Below are positions 1-9,921 of a stretch of DNA of 17,292 nt, in pieces. The translations under genes were made by a program, and so were the position numbers. The notes under the pieces were generated by a model. That model saw only the letters and a program-made list of their open reading frames with translations. It was not told the DNA's origin and did not search any database. The stretch's first letter is position 1, and each line of letters begins with the position of its first letter. Source of the DNA: Octopus sinensis (lineage: Eukaryota); the NCBI RefSeq assembly GCF_006345805.1, contig NW_021824889.1, positions 1 to 17,292 of the forward strand, in the 5' to 3' direction.

Positions 1-1492
1 GGATAGGTCTTCTGGTATATATCCAGCATCCAGTGAGTTCCGCCACAGATTGGCTCGAGTGGGTGCAAGTTGGTTTTGACACATCTTCAAGACACAAGCA
101 GGGAACCTATCGGGACCTACTGCTGATTTATGCTTCATTTCCTTTATTGCTGCTAAGACATCAGTAGCACCAAAGGTTATGTCCGATAAAGTGTATTGGG
201 GAGTAACATCACTGATACAGACCAGATCAGTCATATCAGGATTGCTGAAAACAGAGCAATATTGTTTCTGCAATATCTCTCCCATGGTTTTGGCATTGTC
301 TTGAAGAGTACCATTTTCATCAATCAGAGGGCCAACAGTAGAACCAGTGACTCTGTGTTTTTTTGCAAATGAAAAGAATACTTTGGGATTGAGTTTGATC
401 TTCTCAATGGCCCAGGCCTCTTCAGCTCTTCGCTGACTATTGATGATAGACATAATGTTGTTTTGGAGTTTATGTTTTTTAATCTCTAGCGACGAGATGG
501 CAGTCAGGTTGGTGTGTTGCTGTTGACAGTATTTCAGCTCGTTGATTTTTTTTGTTAATTCTTTTAATTTTCCTGATGAGAGATTTTCTATTTCTAGGGA
601 TTCGACACTTAGATTTGTTTGCAGATCTTAATGGGGTGTGGTTTGCACATATGTTCGTAATGGTGTCTACAAATGACTGCCAGGACTTTTTGATGTTAGT
701 GGGTGTGTATGTGTGCGTGAAGGACCAATCGACTTGTGCAAGATCATTATTGATCGCTTCCCAGTTTGCATTGTGGAAATCCATAGTGTCAAATGGATGA
801 ACAGGAGGGGTGACATTTGTTTTGCATTTTGGCCGGTGAAATCTCAGATCACAGAGAACCATGTCATGGTCGGAGAGTAAGTTTTCTCCACTGCAATATT
901 GTGGATAGTATCAGTGTGATTGCTGAAAATTAAGTCTAAGACGTTTTTTTGTGACATCTCGTTGGTTCGAGCACCAGTTGGGACAGGAAGAAATCATCCA
1001 TGAAGTCAAGAAGCGATTCCACTGCCTCCCTGTCAGGGTTGAGAGAGAAGAACCTGGCGGCAGACTGTTTGTAGACCAGTCAACCCCGGGAAGGTTGAAG
1101 TCTCCCGTCATTAAAATGTTGTCAGGTTGACACTGCTGAATGAAACACTTTATGTTGTTGAGGCATTCCTTGAAGCATGGTAGGGGCGTTTGGGGTGGTT
1201 GTAGAGCCCAACTACTGTTAAGTTGTTGGTTTGACTGAATATAGCGACTGCTTCGCAGTATCCATTGGAAAATATGTTCATAGCTTCTGTTGAGAATGAA
1301 TCATGAACATAAATGGCAGTCCCACCCTTTCTTCTGCCAGCACGATCAGCACGAATGGCTTTGAAATTTTTAACTTTCACCTCGGCTTCCAAGTGGAGGT
1401 CACTAAGATGGGTTTCAGTGAGGACGAAGAAAGGGATGTGGTTTGGATGGGCATCGATCCAGTCCTCCAGGAATTTTATCTTCCATTTTTGA
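1..1492 (-). mobile_element. Decayed CR1/L2-group LINE, ORF2 N-terminal part (APE endonuclease and linker); continues beyond the left window edge
   Basis: Minus-strand fragments carry APE motifs FVLTETHL, RADRAGRRKGGTAIYV, MTGDFNLPGVDW and SDHDMVL, then AWAIEKIKLNPKVFFSFAK and SAVGPDRFPACVLK; split by frameshifts; 5' end abuts (TA)n at ~1494. Confidence 0.92.
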
Positions 1493-1493
1493 G

Positions 1494-1525
<32 letters not shown>

Positions 1526-1670
1526 GGTATATACCTACATATATATATATAAAATTATAAATTTATGAATATATATATAAATACATATATATATATATAT
1601 ATATTTATATACAGAAATACATGCATTCATACATATACACGTGTATATACCCACATACGCATATATACTA
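1494..1670. repeat. Degenerate (TA)n microsatellite
   Basis: Direct reading. Confidence 0.95.
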
Positions 1671-2004
1671 TCTAAAACAAAATAAAAACCTGATCATGTC
1701 CAAAGGGTAGTACTAGATATGTTGAGTACTTTACATAGTTTTCGGGTGTAATTAAATGTAAATTATAATGTTTATTTGTTAAAGTTAACAGCAGAAAATT
1801 TGCATGTGTATGTTTGTCTCTTCCTGCGCGAATGCAAGTGTGCCCTTCGCATCAAAAACAAACGCGCCTACACCTTAAACTGTCATGCCTTTTATCAATA
1901 TGTCAAGGGAAGTAACTCTAAAAGTTGATTTTCACTTATCTCCCTTACTGATGTAGTTAAAAGAATATAAACTTTTCTGGTTATTTTCTATTTTACACAC
2001 TTAA

Positions 2005-2186
2005 GTTTTCAATTATTTGACTGCGGCCATGGTGGAGCAATGCCTTTATTCATGCAAATCGACCCCAGGACTTATACTTTGTAGGCCTAGTATTTAAACT
2101 ATCGGTCCCTTTTCCCGAACCGCTAAGTTCGGGGAATTGTACACACCAGCACCCGTTGTCCAACGATGTTCGAGAAATAAACAGAC
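2005..2186 (-). mobile_element. SINE 3' half (octopus-type SINE family), diverged
   Basis: Reverse complement of the copy at 13020-13225: GACTGCGGCCATGG...ATCGACCCCAGGACTTAT...CCGAACCGCTAAG...ACACCAGCA; runs into (CA)n/(TA)n. No tRNA-like head present. Confidence 0.8.
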
Positions 2187-2189
2187 ATT

Positions 2190-2223
2190 ACAACAACACA
2201 CCACACACACACACACACACACA

Positions 2224-2286
<63 letters not shown>

Positions 2287-2300
2287 CATATATATATATA
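2190..2300. repeat. (CA)n(TA)n microsatellite
   Basis: Direct reading. Confidence 0.95.
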
Positions 2301-2470
2301 TTCCATGCCGCAGCAGCGCCTTTATTCGCGAAATTCGAACCCAATACTTATTTTTTGTAGGCCTAGTATTTAATCTATTTTCTCTTTTGACGAAACGCTA
2401 AGTTACGGGGACATGAACACACCAGCACCGGTTGTCAAGCGGTGTTGGGGGGATAAACAGACATACAAAC
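2301..2470 (-). mobile_element. Second diverged SINE 3' half, tandem to the first
   Basis: TTTGTAGGCCTAGTATTTAA...AACGCTAAGTTACGGGGACATGAACACACCAGCACCGGTTGTCAAGCG matches 2070-2165; followed by (TA)n at 2474-2527. Confidence 0.78.
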
Positions 2471-2526
<56 letters not shown>

Positions 2527-2675
2527 CATCACTGTCAATAATATTCTTGTTTGGAAATACTAAATACATCATAAACTATGTACTACAGACATTACACAAC
2601 ATATGTACTATATTTTATAAGCGATTTAAAAAAACCCACAAAAACCGTTAGATTCACTTCAACATTTCATTTTAA

Positions 2676-2726
2676 TTTGTTCAAATCTTTTCGTCACTTT
2701 CCGACCGTGACCTGTTCACTGACAAA
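2676..2726 (-). ncRNA. Candidate minimal type I hammerhead ribozyme, G3-C8 core variant (family B)
   Basis: Minus strand reads TTTGTCA-GTGAACA-G-GTCAC-GGTCGGAAA-GTGAC-GAAA-AGA-TT-TGAACAAA: stem I (one bulged A), core GUGANCA, perfect 5-bp stem II, GAAA, minimal stem III, UH. Confidence 0.65.
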
Positions 2727-2734
2727 GCTTCATA

Positions 2735-2767
<33 letters not shown>

Positions 2768-2907
2768 TACGGAGATGTACTTGCATAGCAAGTGACTTGA
2801 TCTGAGATCGTGTGCTGGAACGAAAATAATTGCAGCGTGGAAGGTGTTTATAAGCGATTTAAGAAACACACAAAAACCGTTAGATTCACTTCGACAATTC
2901 AATTGAA

Positions 2908-2958
2908 TTTGTTCAAATCTTTTCCTCACTTTCCGACCGTGACCTGTTCACTGACAAA
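2908..2958 (-). ncRNA. Family B hammerhead copy, probably impaired
   Basis: Same motif, but the stem II 3' strand is GTGAG, losing the G10.1-C11.1 pair. Confidence 0.45.
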
Positions 2959-2963
2959 GCTTC

Positions 2964-2995
<32 letters not shown>

Positions 2996-3135
2996 TACGG
3001 AGATGTACTTGCATAGCAAGTGACTTGATCTGAGATCGTGTGCTGGAACGAAAACAATTGCAGCGTAGAAGGTGTTTATAAGCAATTTAAGAAACACACA
3101 AAAACCGATAGATCCACTGCAACATTTCAATTGAA

Positions 3136-3186
3136 TTTGTTCAAATCTTTTCCTCACTTTCCGACCGTGACCTGTTCACTGACAAA
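3136..3186 (-). ncRNA. Family B hammerhead copy, probably impaired
   Basis: Carries the same GTGAG change as the copy at 2908-2958. Confidence 0.45.
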
Positions 3187-3406
3187 GCTTCATATGTATA
3201 TATATTATATACATAATTATAATATTACGGAGATGTACTTGCATAGCAAGTGACTTGATCTGAGATCGTGTGCTGGAACGAAAACAATTGCAGCGTGGAA
3301 GGTGTTTATAAGCGATTTAAGAAACACACAAAAACCGTTAGATTCACTTCAACATTTCAATTGAATTTGTTCAAATCTTTTCGTCGCTTTCAACGGCGAC
3401 CTACAT

Positions 3407-4520
3407 TGTCCTGTCAGATTCAGGTGGATTGATCGGTTCTGCGACCCCTTTCGGGTGAATTAGAGGTCGTTCTAAACACCCCTTGAAGAGAAGGACAGGC
3501 AGAGAGTATGGTAGAGCTGTCATGAGAGGGTGATAGGTAGCAAGCGACAGAGATAGAGAGGGTATTGGCAGTAAGAGAGGATGAGGGGCTGAGAGAAGAA
3601 AAGTAGTGAGAGAGATAGAGTATAAGGCTAAGGGACAGATGTGAGGAAGAATTAGCAGTGAGAGAGGATGAGGGGGCAGAGAAGGACAGGCAGAGAGTAT
3701 GGTAGAGCTGTCACGAGAGGGTGATAGGCAGCAGGCGATAGAGATAGAGTAAAGAATCAGAGAGCAGATAGAAAGGCTATAAGCGGTAGAGACAGAGGGA
3801 GATGAGGGAGTGGAAGTCAGGACAAGGAAGTGAGGTTTTGGGCAGTGGGAGTCGGTCGTCAGAGAATCTTGGGAGCGAGCGATGGGATGCAGGAGTTTGG
3901 CAGGCTGGATTTAGCGGTACGGAGAGATGGAGGTGCAATAATGGGACGCTGGCGATTCAATTAGGAATTCAGGTATTTAATTGTATTGATACGTGTTACG
4001 ATGTAAAAGAAAAGAAAGAGAAAAGAAGAGAGAAAAAGAAGGACTCTGATGTAGACGATAATGAACTTTGAACTGTAACGTGAATTGTTGTGATACGAAC
4101 ATTGTATAATGTATCGATTATAGGGTTCTGATTGGACTGTGACGTAACGTGTACCTTTGAAATACTGTATATGACTTGTTGTGTCTCCGGACTGTTATAT
4201 TGTTACATGCATGTTGTTAAATGCTTTGATCTGTGGTATACCCGTATGATGTATTGATTTGTTGTTTGCCTTAAATGCTTTGATGTTGTAACCATTGATT
4301 GTCATATAAACTAGTTGTTGAATGTAAGCCAGTGTTGCCAGCCGTTTTGCCTTGCCTCTTTTGGTGTCTCTCTCCGGTTGTATCTCTGTGTCTCGGTTGC
4401 CTTGCTGCGTTTGTGTCTCTCTCCTCTCCTCTCCCCGACGAGTTTCCGTGGCGGGAATATTCGCTGATCGAGTCGGGCCTGTCTGAGGGATTCCGTACAG
4501 TTTTCGGAGGTCCCACTCGT

Positions 4521-4524
<4 letters not shown>
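3407..4524. mobile_element. Possible solo LTR or unclassified insertion
   Basis: Begins TGTC and ends CGTAACA (TG...CA); flanks ACAT/ATAT (imperfect 4-bp match); GA-rich internal direct repeats and TATAAG near 3778; truncates the fourth family B motif; no coding motifs. Confidence 0.3.
3490..3750 (+). repeat. Purine-rich direct repeats (~70 bp, two copies, plus shorter duplications)
   Basis: GAAGGACAGGCAGAGAGTATGGTAGAGCTGTCA at 3490 and 3681; GCAGT.AGAGAGGATGAGGGG at ~3568 and ~3655. Confidence 0.85.
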
Positions 4525-4579
<55 letters not shown>

Positions 4580-4584
4580 ATTAT
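4525..4584. repeat. (TA)n microsatellite
   Basis: Direct reading. Confidence 0.97.
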
Positions 4585-5076
4585 AAATAATAGTTATCGC
4601 CATACTAATATGGCATTCTTATGAAAATAAGAATAAGCTGTCCGCTTATTAGCTCCATGAGGCCATCGCCTTAAGTTAGCTATTTGATACACAAACTGTA
4701 TCCATATAACCTTCGAACAAGGGAGGTCAGTCGCTCCACACTACTTGACCGAAGCTAGGTAAATAAAACCTTCTAACAGAGATTGTCAGAAGCGACACCT
4801 ACTGGTCTGGCTATGCTGAATTGAAAAGGGGCAATACCCCGAAACGCGTCTGTAGCTGCCGGTCAAGTAGTGTGGAGCGACTGACCTCCTTTGTTCGAAG
4901 GTTATATGGATACAGTTTGTGTATCAAATAGCTAACTTAAGGCGATGGCCTCATGGAGCTAATAAGCGGACAGCTTTATTCTTATTTTTATAAGAATGCC
5001 ATATTAGTATGGCGATAACTATTATTTTCCGGGAACGCTGCCGTTGTTCTCTTTTAGAGAGACTTAGTAATTTTAA

Positions 5077-5082
<6 letters not shown>
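4585..5082 (+). mobile_element. Fold-back element with ~167-bp inverted arms (4585-4751 / 4860-5027); probable Penelope-like pLTR with inverted 5' copy, inserted in (TA)n (family C)
   Basis: AAATAATAGTTATCGCCATAC...CTACTTGACCG is the near-perfect reverse complement of CGGTCAAGTAG...GTATGGCGATAACTATTATTT; HHR-like motif in the spacer; (TA)n on both sides. Confidence 0.7.
4809..4857 (+). ncRNA. Candidate minimal type I hammerhead ribozyme (U3-A8 variant or decayed core)
   Basis: GGCTATG-CTGAA-TTGAAAA-GGGG-CAATA-CCCC-GAAA-CGCG-TC-TGTAGCT: 4-bp stem II, GAAACGCGUC palindromic stem III typical of Penelope minimal HHRs, stem I GGCTATG/TGTAGCT. Confidence 0.6.

Positions 5083-5166
<84 letters not shown>
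5083..5166. repeat. (TA)n microsatellite, near perfect
   Basis: Direct reading. Confidence 0.97.
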
Positions 5167-5170
<4 letters not shown>

Positions 5171-5337
5171 GCTTTGTCAGTGAACAGGTCACCGTCTCAA
5201 AGCGACGAAAATATTTGGACATCTAACGGTTTTTGTGTGTTTCTTAAATGGCTTATAAACACCTTCCATGCTGAAATTGTTTTCGTTCCAGCACACGATA
5301 TCATATCAGGTCACTTGCTATGCAAGTACATCTCCGT
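5167..5337 (+). repeat. Family B monomer, internally deleted variant, opposite orientation to the 2614-3402 array
   Basis: TGAAGCTTTGTCAGTGAACAGGTC...GCAAGTACATCTCCGTA; HHR-like motif at 5173-5221 with palindromic AAATATTT stem III. Confidence 0.9.
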
Positions 5338-5461
5338 ATATATATATGTATATATATGTATATATATGTATATATATATATACATATATATAAATATATG
5401 TATATATAAATATATACATATAAATATATACATATAAATATATAAATATATACATATATAT
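5338..5461. repeat. Degenerate (TA)n microsatellite
   Basis: Direct reading. Confidence 0.95.
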
Positions 5462-8400
5462 AAAACGGAGGGACGCAGATGTGGTGCGTACCACAAACCA
5501 CCAACGTGTTGTTGAAAGGGCAGCTGCTGAGCAGGAATCGTTTTTGTGCATGGCACAAAAGATTGTACAGCAGCTAACCTGGCTCCATCAGGCTCAGGCT
5601 CGCAGATGGATCTGCCCACAGTTCACAAGACCGCCACAGCAGATGGACCCAGGGTGGACACCGCCGGCAACAGCATACACCTCACCTCGATGCTCCTACT
5701 GAACATCAGAGGACTACTAACACACAGTAACAGGACAAAAGTCCCGTTCCTGAGAGACTTTGTCGCATGCAATCAAGCCTTATGCATAGCACTCACAGAA
5801 ACGCATCTGAAACCGGACATAGCAGATGCGGAATTACACATACCACAGTATGTTGTACTACGGACCGACAGGAAAGAAAGGAGTCATGGAGGAGTTGCTA
5901 TGTACATCCGTGGGGACCTCACACCCCAGGTCCTTTTGTCATACTCAAACTCGGTGTGTGACACACTAATTGTACACATAAGGCAACTTGATGTAGTTGT
6001 GTGTGCTACACATCGCCCTCCAGATGCCCCAAGTCATATGGGCAAGTTTGAGGACTGCCTTTTCAAAATAGAAGAAGTTCTAATCACATTAGAACAACAC
6101 ATAAGTGTACTTCTCATGGGAGACTTCAATCTACCCAATGTCAGATGGCCCGAGGGCCTTTCTCTCCCAGGAATGACAAGATGTGAACGAGGACAGGCGA
6201 GGTCCCTCCTGAACCTCATCAACACCCTGTACATGGAGCAAGTAATACTCCAACCAACCAGAGCAGGTAACACACTGGATCTCTGTTCTTCACAATAATA
6301 TGGATCTCATCCATAATGTGAAAGTGACACCGACACTACTCTCGGATCACAACATGGTAGAGCTGTACACAAGAACAAAATCCCCAGAGAGAGGAAAATT
6401 TTAATGAGACGGCGTACAAAAATTTCAAATCGCCTAAACAAACAATTGAAAGCAGTGAAAAGTCCCGCCTGAAAATAAAACTGTTAGAAATTGAAAATTG
6501 TCTGCAACTCTCCCATGAGAAGGAGAGAGCAGACAAAGAAGCCTGGGCTATAGACAACATAAAAACTAACCCCAGAGCTTTCTACAGGTATGCCAAAGAA
6601 ACAGCTACGGTGCACTGTAGGATAGGGCCACTCCTTGAAAAGGATGGCACACTCACAGGAAAACCAATGAGGGTAAGTGAAATACTGAATGAACATTCAA
6701 GAGTATTTTCACCCCACCCCTTGGGCATTTCCAAATCAGCAATCCAACTGACTTCTTTACCACTGCAGATATAGAATCAGAGGCGGCGACGATAAATTAC
6801 ATCGATATAAAGGAAGACGATGTAATAAAGGCTATAGATGAAATGAAAACAGACTCAGCTATGGCCCCGATGGATTCCCGGCAATCCTCCTAAAAGTATG
6901 TAAGAGAGTCCTAGCAAGACCACTGCAGTTCCTCTTTCAGAGCTTCCTTGCAGCTGGCAAACTTCCAAGAAAACTGAAGGAAGGTAAAATATGCCCTATT
7001 CATAAAGGAGGTAGCAGAGCGGAGGCCAAGAACTACAGACCTATCTCTCTGACCTCACACATCAGCAAGGTCATGGAACGAATAGTCAGAAGGAAACTAA
7101 TCACCTTCCTTGAAGAAAATGACTTGCTGCCTGACACCCAACATGGTTTCCGACCAGGAAGAAGCTGCTTAACTCAGCTCCTGCAGCACTATGACTGGGT
7201 GCTGAAACAACACTGCTCAACCACTCAAATGTGGAAGTCATATATCTCGACTTCGCAAAGGCCTTTGATAAAGTCGATCATGGAATGATATGTCACAAAC
7301 TGCGTGATCTTGGCATAGTTGGAAAACTAGGAGAATGGCTACATGACTTTCTGAAGAATAGAAGTCAGGTGGTAGCAGCCAATGGGGCCACTTCCATTAG
7401 CACGCAAATAGTGAGCGGTGTTCCACAGGGCACTGTTTTGGGACCACTACTGTTCATAATGGCCCTCTCAGACATGCCCTCAGCCACGCGGAGAGCCACG
7501 ATCACAAGTTATGCAGATGATACAAAAGTTTCACAGGCAATACAGAACCCTGAAGACACTAAGCACCTGCAATGTGAGCTGGACGAAATATACAAGTGGG
7601 CTGAAAAGAATAGCATGCAGTTCAATGCTGAAAAGTTTCAAGCTTTATACTATCAGCATGCAAAACTGAATGCAATACCCAATGAATACACTGGACCCGA
7701 GGGATTGCAATCCCAGAGGCACAATCAGTGCGTGACCTGGGTATTCACATGAGTGATGACGCGACCTTTCATGTACATGTTGCTAAACTGACAATGAAAT
7801 GCAGACGGCTGGCTGGATGGATTCTTAGAACCTTTAGAACAGAGATCAAGAAACCATGATGGTCCTCTGGAAGACACTTGTCCTAAGCCACTTTGACTAT
7901 TGCTCTCAGCTATGGTCACCATCCAGTGTCAAGTTGATCACAGAACTTGAGGCGATCCAACGAAGCTACACAAAGAAGATAGCCTCTGTGCAGCATACGA
8001 GCTACTGGGAGAGACTCAAGAGATTAAAGCTCTATTCCCTGGAGCGTAGGCGAGAAAGATATGCCATAATATATATCTGGAAGATCCTGGAAGGTCTTGT
8101 CCCAGACTTTGGCATCGAGAGTCACACAAACGCCAGAACCGGACGCCGCTGCGTTGTACCAAGGACTCCAAATTTGCCATCAAGATGTAGGACAAGATAT
8201 TGTGATAGCCTGGGCTTCAGAGGCCCACGGCTCTTCAATGTCCTCCCGAAGAACCTGAGGGACCTGCATGGTGTAGATGCGGATGTCTTTAAAGTAGGAC
8301 TGGATCTCTTCCTGTCAGGTGTCCCGGATGAACCAACTTCACGGCAGGAGGTGCAGATGAGGTCAGCTGCATCGAACTCTCTCTCATGCATCAGATGGCG

Positions 8401-8508
8401 TTTGCTAAAAGCATCCGTGAGGTAAACCCGTGTAGCAAACCAAATGGCGGTGCCCCATAATGGCCACAGCTCATTAGCTGAAACTGGAAAAATCAAAATC
8501 AAATCAAA

Positions 8509-8511
<3 letters not shown>
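5462..8511 (+). mobile_element. CR1/L2-group LINE, 5'-truncated (possible ORF1 tail, near-complete frameshifted ORF2, 3' UTR, (AAATC)n tail)
   Basis: APE motifs LLNIRGL, ALTETHL, GGVAMYI, MGDFNLP, PTRAGNTLDL, SDH; RT motifs QHGFRPGRSC, YLDFAKAFDKVDH, GVPQGTVLGPLLF, YADD; C-terminal YWERLKRLKLYSLERRRER; ends AAAATCAAAATCAAATCAAAATC before (TA)n. Confidence 0.95.
5660..8425 (+). pseudogene. LINE ORF2 (APE endonuclease-reverse transcriptase), disrupted
   Basis: Pieces 5546-6298, 7073-7288, 7231-7752 and 7856-8425 are consecutive parts of one protein separated by frameshifts; the start position is approximate. Confidence 0.9.

Positions 8512-8602
<91 letters not shown>
8512..8602. repeat. (TA)n microsatellite
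   Basis: Direct reading. Confidence 0.97.
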
Positions 8603-8603
<1 letters not shown>

Positions 8604-8822
8604 GAAGCTTTGTCAGTGAACAGGTCACCGTCTCAAAGCGACGAAAATATTTGGACATCTAACGGTTTTTGTGTGTTTCTTAAATGGCTTATAAACACCT
8701 TCCATGCTGAAATTGTTTTCGTTCCAGCACACACGATATCAGATCAGGTCACTTGCTATGCAAGTACATCTCCGTAATATAATATGTAATATATGTATAT
8801 ATATGTATATATATATATACAT

Positions 8823-8872
<50 letters not shown>

Positions 8873-8876
8873 TATA

Positions 8877-8908
<32 letters not shown>

Positions 8909-9014
8909 GGCTTATAAACACCTTCCATGCTGAAATTGTTTTCGTTCCAGCACACGATATCAGATCAGGTCACTTGCTATGCAAGTACATCTCCGTAATA
9001 TATATATGTATATA

Positions 9015-9093
<79 letters not shown>

Positions 9094-9290
9094 GAAGCTT
9101 TGTCAGTGAACAGGTCGCGGTCGGAAAGCGACGAAATATTTTAACAAATTCAATTTAAATGTTGAAGTGAATCTATCGGTTTTTGTGTGTTTCTTAATCG
9201 CTTATAAACACCTTCCACGCTGCAATTATTTTCGTTCCAGCCACACGATCTCAGATCAGGTCACTTGCTATGCAAGTACATCTCCGTAAC
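8603..9290 (+). repeat. Family B monomers separated by (TA)n (8603-8776, partial 8909-8997, 9093-9290)
   Basis: Reverse complement of the 2614-3402 unit; 8603-8776 is nearly identical to 5167-5337, including the shared deletion. Confidence 0.92.
9099..9148 (+). ncRNA. Candidate minimal type I hammerhead ribozyme, G3-C8 core variant (family B)
   Basis: TTTGTCA-GTGAACA-G-GTCGC-GGTCGGAAA-GCGAC-GAAA-TAT-TT-TAACAAA; stem II GTCGC/GCGAC versus GTCAC/GTGAC in the 2676 copy; palindromic AAATATTT. Confidence 0.65.
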
Positions 9291-9534
9291 GTATTGCTAC
9301 ACAGAAATAAGTAAAAAAAAAAAAAACCAAGAAAAAACATTTTCTAGTAAAAAAATTGTTTTATTGAATTAGAAAAAAATTCATTTTAATTAACAATAAA
9401 ACAAATCAGTAAATCCGGGAATCTTGTTAGTGTTTGTTGTTGTATTGGTTGCAGTACTGGTACTATCAGTGGTATTGTCTTGGTGGTAGTTGTTCCTAGG
9501 GCTTCTCATGTTGCTGTAACTAGTAGTAGTAGTA

Positions 9535-9918
9535 ATTAGTTAGTTAATTAGTTAGTTAGTTAGTTAGTTCATTTTTGGCTCAAAAAGCAAAAAGCAAGGC
9601 CATGTAGGGGGGACATGGAGTTATGTACAGGGTGGTGTTCATGTAAAGAGTTCAGGCCATTTCTGGTCAAGGGAGACTTTGAACCGAGCGGTCGTCAGCA
9701 TCTTCACCATCTCGTCCGGAAGCTTGTTCCACGGATCCGCAACCCGGACGGAGAAAGACCCTCTCCTTCGACTGAGTTGAGATCGTCGCAGATAGAGCTT
9801 TTCGGAGTGACCCCGCAACCTACGCTCTGGATCAGGAGTGAAGAACAGCTCTTTCGAGAGGTTACACTTTCCGCTTATGATGTTGTGAGCAAGAATGAGA
9901 TCACCACGGCGTCGTCTA
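9535..9918 (-). mobile_element. CR1-type LINE 3' fragment with (AACT)n tail
   Basis: Minus strand translates RRRGDLILAHNIISGK...RLRGHSEKL...FSVRVADPWNKLPDEMV...FKVSLD...*, then a short UTR and a TAAC repeat (TTAG on plus, 9535-9569). Confidence 0.88.
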
Positions 9919-9921
9919 GGG

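Larger units (their letters stand above)
2614..3402 (-). repeat. Tandem array of ~228-232 bp monomers (about 3.4 copies), each with a (TA)n tract and a hammerhead-like motif (family B)
   Basis: GGAGATGTACTTGCATAGC recurs at 2771, 2999, 3229; TGACAAA ends at 2726, 2958, 3186. Confidence 0.95.

Noticed and set aside
572-590. CTGATGAG hammerhead-like core
   Set aside because: Lies antisense within LINE coding sequence, and no stem II plus GAAA/UH arrangement was found.
2614-3402. CRISPR-like repeat-spacer pattern (also considered for 11364-11962)
   Set aside because: Units are near-identical along their full length, the only variable part is (TA)n, no cas genes are present, and the context is eukaryotic.
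3440-3470. Hairpin GCGACC...GGTCGT with CCCGAAAGGG on the minus strand
   Set aside because: No ribozyme core; the following T-run needed for a terminator is absent.
5546-8425. Programmed frameshifting in LINE ORF2
   Set aside because: Frameshifts are numerous and scattered, consistent with decay or long-read indel errors.
2094-9144. Many short YIYIYI-rich ORFs
   Set aside because: Translations of (TA)n tracts and non-coding repeat units.
9535-9569. (TTAG)n as an interstitial telomere
   Set aside because: Not TTAGGG or TTAGG; it is the 3' tail of the adjacent CR1-type LINE.
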